Shown here: piece by piece, positions 13,501 to 20,003 of the stretch
Position numbering within the stretch: position 1 is the first letter of the stretch
Layout: each line of letters begins with the position of its first letter
Assembly: GCA_963675665.1 (NCBI GenBank)
Contig: OY776510.1
Span: 3,040,001 to 3,104,000, forward strand
DNA from: Spirochaetia bacterium
GTDB taxonomy: Bacteria > Spirochaetota > Spirochaetia > UBA9216
Reading direction: 5' to 3'
DNA length: 64,000 nucleotides
The notes under the pieces: generated by a model
The model's input: only the letters and a program-made list of their open reading frames with translations
What the model was told of the DNA's origin: nothing
The model's database searches: none
Translations under genes and position numbers: made by a program

Positions 13501-14109
13501 AGTAACAGATTACACGAAGCATATGATATTTCCAAAACCTGGGCGGAAGAACAGCAGTATGGAACTGATGAATACTTCACAGCTCCGGAAGCCGGAAGCT
13601 TTGATATTAGCTGGAATTCGGGAGGTGCCGGGATTGAGATAGTCTTAACATCAAGCGATGGTGCATATCAGCACCGATTAGGGCATAATTTTATAAACAG
13701 CATTGATGCTATGACGGAGCTGTTGATATTAAACGGTTCGACCGAAGTGGCCGCCGGAACTGTTATCGGGGAGTATCAGGATTATAAGACAAACGAATCT
13801 ACGGGATCTCATTCGCATTGGGAAGTATACAGAAATATGAGTGAAAGTCTTTTTACAAATTATATACAAATGGATAACAATGATTGGTTAACGGAAAGAT
13901 ACGGCAGTAATCCCTTTACGGCATCGGAAAGAGCGCAGAACCTGAGCGGTTTATCGGAACCGGGCACATATGAATATAATATAAACCTGACAAAGAAATA
14001 CGCTGCAGAGGAATACTGGAACTACAGAAGCAATCAGGAATTCGGTATAGAGCTTTCAACCAGGACAGAATTTTTATTCTATTTAAGGATGATGAATCAA
14101 TGGATGTAA
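1576..14109 (+). CDS. Giant secreted protein (4177 aa) with coiled-coil body, hydrophobic hairpin and C-terminal M23-peptidase-like domain; candidate polymorphic toxin
   Basis: Uninterrupted 12.5-kb ORF with an AAGGA RBS and a signal peptide (MKGVRSLFTVLLCFYSFILISNVIS). It has Trp-punctuated acidic helical segments. The C-terminal HEAYD...APEAG...GGAGIEIVL...HRLGH...VAAGTVIG...STGSHSHWEV matches the M23 HxxxD/HxH pattern. Confidence 0.8.
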   Translation: MKGVRSLFTVLLCFYSFILISNVISQDSEYNHADISFDNVLFRSYLDTADKRKSSEQWLDYARFGLESALSSWEKEIILLLGDDFDLSDLRDDAETELDEILKERYAEWLNNNFFNSVDPPSLGALSSEIVALNGQYLYETDKNGNITYKTTVNYSDVYTTDATGNETLVQKGEKTLWVEGVKSKIAELLDAWSQKMTTAFSELRASVTELALLEELEQDYLRDYESYQDNYRDELYRLYNTEQSRFTRLRLYDQYSLEHQSGQETASNISNELIAATRAELNSKLEALVRGLNAQAASGESGNGIVNAEDWRESFSTLLTLGMNSWDEAEQELLMKRIEWEQDAAGEVSDGEEAWADAFRQLSEKRTEWMNEYRRTLQEGNLLWAEESLELEEAIAKAVSEIDESIANSGASLQSRIDNLVGMLLQSVNMMRTARTSWEYWMDRFDEGEKGSFDTRGIDFDPDSMLAVTEEVKNRLDEEKLNEKYSTIAAYSDYDQEAMKHAMAWIDDKYGIYTEGLWSEPLSYSDKLDIFNSYDPYKYNIPYYGLNPYYLYNVRNQYFSAIDDLFSEMAVLGSVPQTGSDVYDEAVYWIDMFRTYQEYALDARQGLAETYGIVVFDNASLQTAFNGDELNDALLDNDLLFDQDSWESIYLDEYQVELLKARAYMQYWRKQQEIARAVYDYAADNSSTKENAGVTLGRLADAKAAYEEVLAEYSDCLDRLSNISTDLETLQADMQTIQEEIDGYQQQLDDVRSQYNSAITDLDLGNAEYLAGQYREYYIRLLESMGMTGDSEESPSTALEEYLLAASEYGLEDRISLVSNRIVGLLSGGENTNLDGSMFNPETASLSELGRRMQTVSDAGFISGPSTDELFGFEGNEEAIDQFNAYLSDKLLLPMSDYRHDKLIEYFTAYTDADTEEIEKSRLLWQMQLIAEEVRNENSMNYELRLAELRLLSTDDFSSWAQQHFGDEAADADPEGLIGSAEESGLTGITEAVVRDLQVYEEILELYQQQADSGGGEFVIYEWGSAPGDTPPELSKQQALQILWDYRGGDTDEETASDIFGVVESLGALVSWLESLGSLDDDISVLESAVLNPDEALGQQYLKACLSGRRNLATDMGDMYSVIYSDSVSRQKYTKGFAELLSENIDYAPCLSAYGYEKSRAGLIEMLAQFGIIDADTLIFHAPEAVWEVRGFSTVEEVAGFFTGLDKAASGLQLPEYLAEIFEGYRGELKDYFAIRTASAFFGEFSGDPGPVNEKIRLVTNSMSSLGALTGTLQKSSDQSVKLLALAVSDDVSDELREEADFRLIETAGFDLAADALDTDGFSGAGAEWNELFDNYISAVRTGLGQEDGIEDYRSAMTDRAAELWELSIALADPDSVDPDSAPEQWLESYSAMIWNSFDFDEALDRITGTDSTINISQLEQLRIIDQLMPETAGDFPSDVELEWLYEGNEVLREVDSMIVLGLPELWAGDSFDIAETVKSRYYSDEDISIMEDMLVLSIEESEAGVTTVDKAVQLWNDQFDGGLADGSIDGLLKAFCGLGLINPAVEAAGEYSAEYGYEDLLDELLAGAVLSEDDLAILEEAVLNPAEALEARLDKLAELDAEALSGEELYWNLAWNIRSDAAEDDYSRTAARGARIFDDIEAAGVISNWISSFDEAGFESYSEELADLFDSQMSRIAGLAQSPAGGVYASIAACGIGEVLVEQAGYSDADAADFVNWFMTKKGIDEAFDRESLTDYLSLEPDARFYSVLADYPDAASHYLKKQIAEGAFTSTTLSVLLDSVNLADETEAELVEIQGILDDVEVYNELLHGDFEDFLDERYGSEEQKRTAREIYMRFMGSAEVQWDDAVFMLSSGCGAGAREILDNLSFNRTRGSNLSGLNPGSGTGSNEVFLNEALMTIYEKLYERDDALTAELSALQSERDLQVRAADYLGSLETIDSDNWRSFLNDECLSSEDDELNLVPASTVDYNYSDYTRNLQINNNDGDPVFQNFDSLTLFSGTGNDQLNIILEAANSYLDYAAYLTAAINSWDDGTISATETMRTLHEGLGSADGSDFRNSLESKSYAEINQAYSYEIDASVENGYKEARSEFYNLTAKIESIKESLSNFGYRRARLVRMAAMGSSEQLAELRPLNDEISALEADIDAAQAEWQELIDGADGYKTLEEEYAGVYAQTKAALEELNVLKQEYSTARAIYEYASAGYLSIDDEILSEFDPVETGAEDDSTAPEDDETEVESGITGGTMVASDVDLGEQTADQVYRDALLATINKVSPAERLVYINEKLARAGAANDALETIINGGSVTGSIYSKDEVYRAYFDNYLETFRESLVLNKINLVLNKAIARQETVTREALSDWNTAISESYGTPGYLDSEGNAIVPAGLDSCSIVQNADGSRDINWDGAGSNAETFRQYFEANENSETGSSDFQNDLMLWLEKVSGIMNGSGARDLFTTWAMALKWEEFQAAGAPGDINDNFWTDFLNKNGEGDLDREGARTLLITEWQNAFNKVNSCTGENKRLYSFYKLLDKGGIMQLNTETTTGDSFETFDLLGENESVILANQYLSDEYNQDANNFFIASIPMFSMAVAYFAAATLALAIPFNWVAAIILFALGTAAALGGAHMVGEGNAKKAAADYIQNKIVKPAEYNSTKFMLNFKQNTSLILDKKQVYEEEFAKLQRMEGEADGDEILTDEQRIGLLKISTIEAFNNEGEDLHALLFQGGLVSETGNTDADTAALEALFGDYQEMMDQSEKDESVNSSLFISALEEESQDYKQITARELNDYLTGEDGVAREQVEAEEVYRSAYYQYLAEEISLEEFEEAAESAFGNPAFSVREHMLRLYEQQAGIAEIIMGSDQFNAAISAELLESRELLLCGSGSRKGIYDYKMSNYREVRMYDLQMLQLEMNEKYRNWENRMRAISARGELEWSAGERKLTRKYTEWQKETKRLYNRQSEAWDDKYLDFLSDKQAWLDAVMIQSTKVGDMDVLENFGEMTGAAIAAAGADVLAGDFSSLETDPGALLSEVVDFELLGTLLENAQNLNDSINDTENVIFTAAAPDSFTTADSLQAIKDFQSVQNEEYEKHLAELELERMLEQVEDAEESFNESIDSANKSLDSNINQTMRNDGYTRSGGRYERELVVGATIGGYVYEDGYVSTYDDYLPENIDFGSELKDARNNVANLDSKGLQGLVARAMENIREQLKRIFGSDDETENAEMLVELGFPVTVEKDKEGTVKYKREDTNHSILESVADWVGEHLDLNMDTKENSPEISPGLFGIHVGYAPEFADTADTGREWNDEGQLKDEGLGEMGRIMGEFIFNKMKEGAGWAEVNMPHYKKPLWEGEIFGIEAPSAADLTSLAVTICTAGAASGAGAILSATINLSDDFALSAMDIVTGDKSLLEGTLDFGKKAFVSLAGAGIGEGGDALSSTLDLDLGGELLLGTGEQIVTNTASGAINAIEYSEEGGWNYNWNTLVQSVAGEGAVAGYVGSAAGTAATFGLNELNNSIDANGFYLGDLKIDQEQIGRVNSMIGGIAGEAAGSLVDKDFSLNVLNLADIMALAGVEEENTSDLGLFEVHMGFDEDGNFTSRNKIGTGGAQVSYRDILFDADSVFNNMARIKSINEDTAAAAANRDVMLGITDRSIGVDELTFDGASEVSALLRSQLEGTRTEQSYKNINASMHSMTGVINSGYLSEGSSGYIEGDSAMAVMMRELLENDKSGISHENLFEMFGTEEGREQFAEAVLDANLLLAYNQGDIGTDEFMGSDIFNTTGSFSLAYEMYSGAYGEETSAVVTLARMFESGKAYAGTITDADIQADIISQKEALVNEYFKEDIANADALLGGNFFNAESHINEGIISNRMEQIGDEMAAIAAAHLAHQSLASGVTGYDSNTITYKKTELDELKKNWLDSAIELSKIANDNGIKFNYEYALISKNPVMNEAGTAASPVYGGTGLYTLYGWEVITPEMAEATGRAVYSNRLHEAYDISKTWAEEQQYGTDEYFTAPEAGSFDISWNSGGAGIEIVLTSSDGAYQHRLGHNFINSIDAMTELLILNGSTEVAAGTVIGEYQDYKTNESTGSHSHWEVYRNMSESLFTNYIQMDNNDWLTERYGSNPFTASERAQNLSGLSEPGTYEYNINLTKKYAAEEYWNYRSNQEFGIELSTRTEFLFYLRMMNQWM

Positions 14110-15119
14110 TGATGAAGAGAAGAATAATTGCGATACTGATATTTGGGATATTAATAACGGCAACTGCATTTTGTGAGTATGAGATAAGGATTGTCAAGCC
14201 GCTGCCCGCGAAATATATTATGGAGTCTTATATCTGGCTCAATGATGAAGAGATTGTCTATAATATATCCGGGCATAATCCGAGTCAGTTGAGAAGATTG
14301 AATATAATAAACGAAGATGATGAATTATTGCTTGATGGGGAAGCAAGAGATGAAGATTACCATATTTTCTCTCTTTCCCTGATTAGTGTTGATAAGGAAT
14401 CACTAATTATAGGTATAAGCAAAGGAAGAAGTACTTATATTAACTCCTATTTTTTTAATTTAAGAACTAAAAATCTCGAAGAAATTAAATATAATTATCA
14501 AAATAATCCAGGCATTAAGTATCAAAATAATTTAGGGTTTAATGAGAATTTATTTGAATTTGGTGCGGGACGAACAGACGCAGGTTTTACTTACATTCAA
14601 AAATATCCTGAAACCGGAAGGGTGGTAAGATATGACTATACATGGGAAGAATCAGGCATTCAGAGGGTTGTTAGTAATACTGAATTTTTTAATGTCTCCG
14701 ATGTACTGGATGATAATCTGCTGATAACTCATGTCGAAGCCAATTTGGGAGTCAATTATCTGACGCATTTTGACGGCGATGGATTTTCCCGAGCAGTAGT
14801 CGTTCCAAATAGCGACTCGCAGAGGAGTTTAAAAACCAATTGGGGAGCATATTTTCTTAAAGACGGCAATATACTTTTCGGTGAGGATATGAACGATGAT
14901 ACCGATTATTTTGATCCGGATGAGGCATATTGCAGGTTGAGGATCTGTAACCGGGAAGGGGATACTATTTATACCTTTGATGATTTTTTGTATATGAGAG
15001 ATGCCTATCAATATTTTACAATGAGTCCGGACAGAACAAAGATAATAATACAGGGTTATGATATGACCATGTGGCCGCCGCAGACAAAAGCTTATCTGCT
15101 GGAGATAATATATAATTAA
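14100..15119 (+). CDS. Secreted beta-rich (propeller-like) protein; candidate cognate immunity protein
   Basis: Overlaps the giant gene stop (likely start at ATG 14109 or 14112). Signal peptide MMKRRIIAILIFGILITATAFC. Paralogous to 15363..16274. Confidence 0.7.
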   Translation: MDVMMKRRIIAILIFGILITATAFCEYEIRIVKPLPAKYIMESYIWLNDEEIVYNISGHNPSQLRRLNIINEDDELLLDGEARDEDYHIFSLSLISVDKESLIIGISKGRSTYINSYFFNLRTKNLEEIKYNYQNNPGIKYQNNLGFNENLFEFGAGRTDAGFTYIQKYPETGRVVRYDYTWEESGIQRVVSNTEFFNVSDVLDDNLLITHVEANLGVNYLTHFDGDGFSRAVVVPNSDSQRSLKTNWGAYFLKDGNILFGEDMNDDTDYFDPDEAYCRLRICNREGDTIYTFDDFLYMRDAYQYFTMSPDRTKIIIQGYDMTMWPPQTKAYLLEIIYN

Positions 15120-15232
15120 TATGATAAACGGAAGCGTTAAAAATGAAAACATGAACTGAAACATTTGCATGTTTATTACAGGATTGGTTGTTTTGAGGAA
15201 TACTTGAAGGTATTTCCCGAAATGAGAAATAG

Positions 15233-15361
15233 ACTAACTCCGATTATTTTGTTGATTATATGGAATCAAAATACGGAATAGACAACGCGGACTGGCAGGA
15301 TTATCTGAAGGCTTATTATTGGGAAAACTACACGATATATATGCAGGGAATGGGGTATTAG
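15233..15361 (+). pseudogene. Orphan C-terminal fragment (possible alternative toxin tip remnant)
   Basis: Open frame TNSDYFVDYMESKYGIDNADWQDYLKAYYWENYTIYMQGMGY* follows an in-frame TAG at 15230, has no evident RBS-start, and ends 1 nt before the ATG of the second paralogue. Confidence 0.4.
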
Positions 15362-15362
15362 A

Positions 15363-16274
15363 ATGAAATTTAAAAAATGGCTCATACTTTTATTATTAAA
15401 CATTATATTTTTAACAAGTTTTACAAATGCATATGAGATACGACTGGTAAGGGAAGATCCCCTCCATGTGATAAGATATCTGGGCTGGATCTCGAACCAT
15501 GAGGCGGCTTATTGTATTTACGGAACAGATAACATTGTTGTATACAAGAACCTGCTTGGAGATATGCCTTATGAGAAGCTGAAAGAATTTCCTGAACGAG
15601 TTATATATGTTGGTGATGATAATACAAAATATGAATTATTTATAGAAATTGGTGATGATGTTTATATATTAGATAAGGAAATTATGAAAATAGAACTATT
15701 ATCAACTCCTGATGGATATAAATACAGCGGGGGGCGTCAGTTACCTGAAAATATATATACATATAATATAAATACTTCACCTGGAAAGCTGTCTTTAAAC
15801 AGGGCTGATTATAAGAATTACGGGCATCTTGAAGCAGATATCAGGGATTTTGAACACTATAAAATTTTGAAGAAATTAGGTGTATATAAAAATGAAGAGA
15901 GCCCCGGATATTTAATAATCGGAAGTTATGGAACAGATTTTTATGAAGTTCAATTTGAATATCCGGAAATTAAGGCTGTAATTCCTATTGTTGAAGAATA
16001 TGGGTATGTTGATATAAAAAAACTGGATGAAGACATGTATCTCGGAATGTTCTACAGGGAAGATGTGGAATCAGATGATGAATATTCGAGGTGTTCGCTG
16101 CGGGTTTTTAACAGAGAAGGTGAAGTTTTTCTCGACTATAAAGACTATCTGCTTGTAAACCACCACGGTATTGGTGAAAGCTTTTATCTGAGTCCAGATA
16201 GGAGGTATATAATTGCCACCGGTTCAAAGACCCTGGGAAACCATAAAACGCTGATATTTGAATTGATAAAATAG
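15363..16274 (+). CDS. Secreted beta-rich protein, paralogue of 14100..15119; candidate orphan immunity protein
   Basis: Signal peptide MKFKKWLILLLLNIIFLTSFTNA. Shared motifs YEIRLVR/YEIRIVK, CSLRVFNREG/CRLRICNREG, SPDR and LIFELI/YLLEII. Confidence 0.7.
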   Translation: MKFKKWLILLLLNIIFLTSFTNAYEIRLVREDPLHVIRYLGWISNHEAAYCIYGTDNIVVYKNLLGDMPYEKLKEFPERVIYVGDDNTKYELFIEIGDDVYILDKEIMKIELLSTPDGYKYSGGRQLPENIYTYNINTSPGKLSLNRADYKNYGHLEADIRDFEHYKILKKLGVYKNEESPGYLIIGSYGTDFYEVQFEYPEIKAVIPIVEEYGYVDIKKLDEDMYLGMFYREDVESDDEYSRCSLRVFNREGEVFLDYKDYLLVNHHGIGESFYLSPDRRYIIATGSKTLGNHKTLIFELIK

Positions 16275-16410
16275 GAAGCTTTATAAAAGTAGATTGGTAA
16301 AAAGATCTTTGGAAAAGCAGAGATGGAGAGATTTGCTGATCATCCGGATTAATCAGAATTAGAACAATAATGCGGGAAAGCAAACAAGGATATAAGAATA
16401 CAGAACTGCA

Positions 16411-16523
16411 GCGTTAGGGATGGGAAGGGCGCAGGGACTTCGTCCCTGCGGTGGAAAACGGCGTTGCCGTTTTTTACGAAACCCCTGGACAGCCCGACCT
16501 TGCAGACTGCAAGGGAACGCCCG
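16411..16523. repeat. GC-rich multi-hairpin intergenic element (REP/MITE-like)
   Basis: Bounded by GCGTTAGGGA...GGGAACGCCC. Contains perfect stems cgcagggac-ttc-gtccctgcg (16430-16450), aaaacggc-gtt-gccgtttt (16455-16473) and ccttgcag-a-ctgcaagg (16498-16514). Only one copy seen in the window. Confidence 0.5.
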
Positions 16524-17011
16524 GGAAAAGAATTGAATACTCAGAAGAAGATGGGTGGAACTGTAAACAGATAACCTGTACGTAAATCTGAAATTGACAT
16601 ATTGTTCAATAATAGATTACAACTCTAAACCCGTCCGTGTTAAGGTTGGCAAGGGTGCAAACGCACAAGGCGCTTCAACACCGCTGATCTGCCTTATAAC
16701 AGCCGAGAAGATGTCAGACCGGGTATGTTTCCTCCGTATCTCGAGCTGGACGTTGTAAAGGATGCCTGAAGACCGGTGTTCAAGATTGTCGAACCCGGTT
16801 TCGGCAGGCTTTTCAAAAGTCCGGTCCGTTCGGGCGGTTGAGAAAGATGAAGAGCGTAACCGACAATGCAGAGGTGCTCAGAAATATCAGAAATGGTTTA
16901 TCCACTGCTTCAGAAAATTAAAACTATGATTGTAAAAAAAACGGCTTTCAGCTTACAATTGGAAAATGAAGCTGATTTTTTCGCAAATGTTTTACAAGGG
17001 ATAAAAGAGAA

Positions 17012-18442
17012 ATGAATAATAAAGATTTCAATGGCTTTTCCTCAAAAGATGAATATATCAAAGTAATGGAACAGGCAATTGAGAGAGGTCTTTCGGGAAT
17101 TGTTGTATATGATAAAGACGGTCGATTTATATATTGTAATAAAATACTGGAAATCCTGACGGGAATGCCGAGAGAACTGCTTGAATTGTCATCAGTAGAA
17201 GAATTAAAGGAACGGGAAAAACACGGAAGTTCTACAACCCTTATGGTCCTTGAAAAGAAAGAAGAAGTTCTTATTGAGCAGAATATGGTACATAACGGCA
17301 AATCTTATATTGCAAAGGGAATACCTTTTTTTGATGAAAATGATGAATTGAAATATGTGATTTCCAATATTATTGATATACCGCGGTTAGTGGATCTAAA
17401 AAAGAAACTTGAGAAAAACAATGATAGTGTCAAAAATGATAAAATCCTGAAAAATATGGGTTACGATCAAACAGATCTGGATGACAAGTTATTAATTTAC
17501 AGCAGCAGAGGGATGCAGAAGGTGATGGAAAAAATTCAGATGCTTAAAAGTTCTTCTGCAACTGTGCTGATTCAGGGAGAATCTGGAACGGGCAAAGAAG
17601 TTATTGCCAAAGTATTGCATGAAATCAGTGAAAGGAGAAATGAGAAATATGTGAAGATTAATTGTGGGGCAATTCCTGAAGCTTTATTTGAATCAGAATT
17701 GTTTGGTTATGCATCAGGTTCATTTACGGGTGGACATGCAAAAGGTAAAAAAGGATTGCTCGAGCATGCAAATAACGGTACGGTACTGCTTGATGAAATC
17801 AGCGAGATTCCTGTTAATTTGCAGTCAAAAATCTTAAGAGTATTGCAGGAAGGTGAATTACAGAAGATAGGCAGCAATGAACCTGTTAAAGTGGATATCA
17901 GATTTATCGCTGCATCCAATCTTGATCTGGCTGAGTTGGTTAAATCCGGTAAATTCAGAAGCGACCTGTATTACCGTTTGAATGTTATCCCGCTTGTATT
18001 GCCGCCGCTGCGTGAGCGGAAAGAAGATATTCCTCCATTGACATACCATTTTCTTCAGAAGCTTAACCGTAAATACTGTATGCAGAAGAAAATCTGTAAT
18101 GATGTAATCATTCAAATGCAAAAGATGATATTTAAAGGAAATATCAGAGAGCTCGAGAATCTGATCGAAAGGCTTTACTTTTTTTCAAAATCATCTGAAA
18201 TAACTGTTGAAGATTTCCTGCAGATGCAGACGGCATATGATTCATACGTAACGGAACAGAATGTGGGCGAACTTCAGCAATTGGATTATGGCAGGAGTTT
18301 GGATGAGTTGATGAACAGCCACGAAGAAAAAATACTTCGCCACTATAAATCTCTTTATGGAAGTTCAAGAAAAATCGCAGGAGTTCTTGATGTTGATCAG
18401 TCTACTATTTCCAGAAAATTTAAGAAATATAATATAAAATAA
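17012..18442 (+). CDS. PAS-domain sigma54-interacting transcriptional activator (RocR/TyrR-like EBP)
   Basis: N-terminal PAS-like region, Walker A GESGTGKE, INCGAIPE.LFESELFG, GSFTGG (GAFTGA loop), LLDEI, FRSDLYYRLNV and a C-terminal HTH. Confidence 0.92.
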   Translation: MNNKDFNGFSSKDEYIKVMEQAIERGLSGIVVYDKDGRFIYCNKILEILTGMPRELLELSSVEELKEREKHGSSTTLMVLEKKEEVLIEQNMVHNGKSYIAKGIPFFDENDELKYVISNIIDIPRLVDLKKKLEKNNDSVKNDKILKNMGYDQTDLDDKLLIYSSRGMQKVMEKIQMLKSSSATVLIQGESGTGKEVIAKVLHEISERRNEKYVKINCGAIPEALFESELFGYASGSFTGGHAKGKKGLLEHANNGTVLLDEISEIPVNLQSKILRVLQEGELQKIGSNEPVKVDIRFIAASNLDLAELVKSGKFRSDLYYRLNVIPLVLPPLRERKEDIPPLTYHFLQKLNRKYCMQKKICNDVIIQMQKMIFKGNIRELENLIERLYFFSKSSEITVEDFLQMQTAYDSYVTEQNVGELQQLDYGRSLDELMNSHEEKILRHYKSLYGSSRKIAGVLDVDQSTISRKFKKYNIK

Positions 18443-18516
18443 TGCATAAATGCATAAAATATGCAATTATGCAACATAAAACAAGAATAAATAGTGGTAT
18501 GGTGCATAAATGCAAC
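18442..18516. promoter_or_regulatory. Three TGCA-N4-TGCA palindromes; putative enhancer (UAS) for the adjacent EBP
   Basis: atgcataaatgcat (18442-18455), atgcaattatgcaa (18461-18474) and tgcataaatgca (18503-18514), located 160-230 bp upstream of a -24/-12 promoter. Confidence 0.65.
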
Positions 18517-18672
18517 ATATCTAATAAAAAATTGTCGTTTCTTCAGTTTTCAGGGACATATCAGATAAATCCAATAGATTAAAACCGTAGAAAATCCCTA
18601 AATCGTGAAAGTTTAGAAAAGAAAATCCTAAAAACAGACAGAATCCTCTATGCATATTTATTTGTTATGCTT

Positions 18673-18689
18673 TTGGCATAATACCTGCT
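18673..18689 (+). promoter_or_regulatory. sigma54 (-24/-12) promoter
   Basis: TTGGCATAATACCTGCT gives GG-N10-GC with TGGCA at -24, about 60 bp before the ATG at 18750, immediately downstream of an EBP gene. Confidence 0.75.
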
Positions 18690-18749
18690 AAATGATTACA
18701 AATTATCCGGATGGTAATAATTATACATACAAGGAGGAATAATAAAACA

Positions 18750-19748
18750 ATGATAAATCAGAGTTTTATAGGATGTCACTATGATATCGGCTTTAAATTG
18801 GGCAGCAAATTGAGATTCATGAGGATTGATTTTAATAAAATTATAAACCTTAATGAATTTCAAAAGGATTTTGGAAAGAAGTCTCATGAAATCCTTTTGG
18901 ATGTTTTTCCGGAAATTTGTGAAGAAATCAGAGGGATTACCGACGGTTTAAAATTCTCCCATGAAAGATTTGCGTCATGGTTATTATGCATGGCATGTTG
19001 TCTTTTTGATGAAGGCTGCACCGCTATAGGTTTCAGACATAACGGCAAAGTTATATACGGACGCAATGGGGATCTTCCTCCTGAAATGAAAAAAGTCTGT
19101 CAGAGTTTTTATTACAAACTGGAGAACGGAATGGAATTTATAGGAAACTCTTCAGCAATGATAAACTTTGAAGAAGGCTACAATAACAGGGGGCTTGCTG
19201 TCGGCATGACGTTTGTTTTTCCGGCTGATATAAAACCCGGATTAAGTGCGGTCTTTCTTGTCAGGTATTTACTGGAAAAATGCGGCACTACTGAAGAGGC
19301 TGTTGAAGAATTAAAAAAGATACCTGTTGCATCGGCATGTAATATTTTGCTTGCAGATTTAAAAGGAGATATTGCAGTTGCAGAATGTGCGCCTGAAAAA
19401 ATGGTTGTAAGAGCTGCAGGGGCTGATGATTTTATTGTTGCAACAAATCATTTTGTTTCAGACGAAATGCTGGAATATTCAGATACTGAAAAAAATAATT
19501 TCCATGCAGACAGAAGATATAAAACGGCATATGAAGCATTGAAAAATAAACAGGGGAAAGATGCCGTTGAGTATGCAAAAGAAATTCTCGGTGGACGTTA
19601 CGGATTCATCTGTCAATATGAGGAAGAGTTGGATTTTGATACTTTATGGTCGACTGTTATTGATATTACTGAAAATAAAATCTATAGAGCGGAAGGCAAT
19701 CCTTCAGTAAAGAAGTTTATTCAGGATAAGAGATTATCAGGAAGGTAG
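18750..19748 (+). CDS. C45 family autoproteolytic acyltransferase/peptidase (Ntn hydrolase)
   Basis: AGGAGG RBS before ATG 18750 (in frame with the track ORF at 18711). Motifs EEIRGITDG, G|CT nucleophile, GRNGD, EGYNNRGL and ATNHF. Confidence 0.85.
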   Translation: MINQSFIGCHYDIGFKLGSKLRFMRIDFNKIINLNEFQKDFGKKSHEILLDVFPEICEEIRGITDGLKFSHERFASWLLCMACCLFDEGCTAIGFRHNGKVIYGRNGDLPPEMKKVCQSFYYKLENGMEFIGNSSAMINFEEGYNNRGLAVGMTFVFPADIKPGLSAVFLVRYLLEKCGTTEEAVEELKKIPVASACNILLADLKGDIAVAECAPEKMVVRAAGADDFIVATNHFVSDEMLEYSDTEKNNFHADRRYKTAYEALKNKQGKDAVEYAKEILGGRYGFICQYEEELDFDTLWSTVIDITENKIYRAEGNPSVKKFIQDKRLSGR

Positions 19749-19754
19749 AGAGAT

Positions 19755-20003
19755 ATGAATGAAAGAGCGGAAAATAGAACGAAATACGGAAACAGGCTTT
19801 TTGTATTGCCGAAAAAGAAAAAAGAAATTGCGGTCTTTATAATGATGCTTATCGTAATACTTTTCGGGGTATCACCGGTTATTAACCTTGCAAACACGCC
19901 TTCTTTGATTTTTGGGGTCCCTTCAGTTATGGTTCTGGCCGTATTGGTGCCGGTTCTGATTGTGATTGTTTTATCACTGGCAAGAAAATGGGGGGTGAAG
20001 TAA
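19755..20003 (+). CDS. Small two-TM protein accompanying a solute:sodium symporter (DUF3311-like)
   Basis: 82 aa with two hydrophobic helices and a P.IFGVP motif. TAATG-coupled to the SSS gene. Confidence 0.7.
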   Translation: MNERAENRTKYGNRLFVLPKKKKEIAVFIMMLIVILFGVSPVINLANTPSLIFGVPSVMVLAVLVPVLIVIVLSLARKWGVK

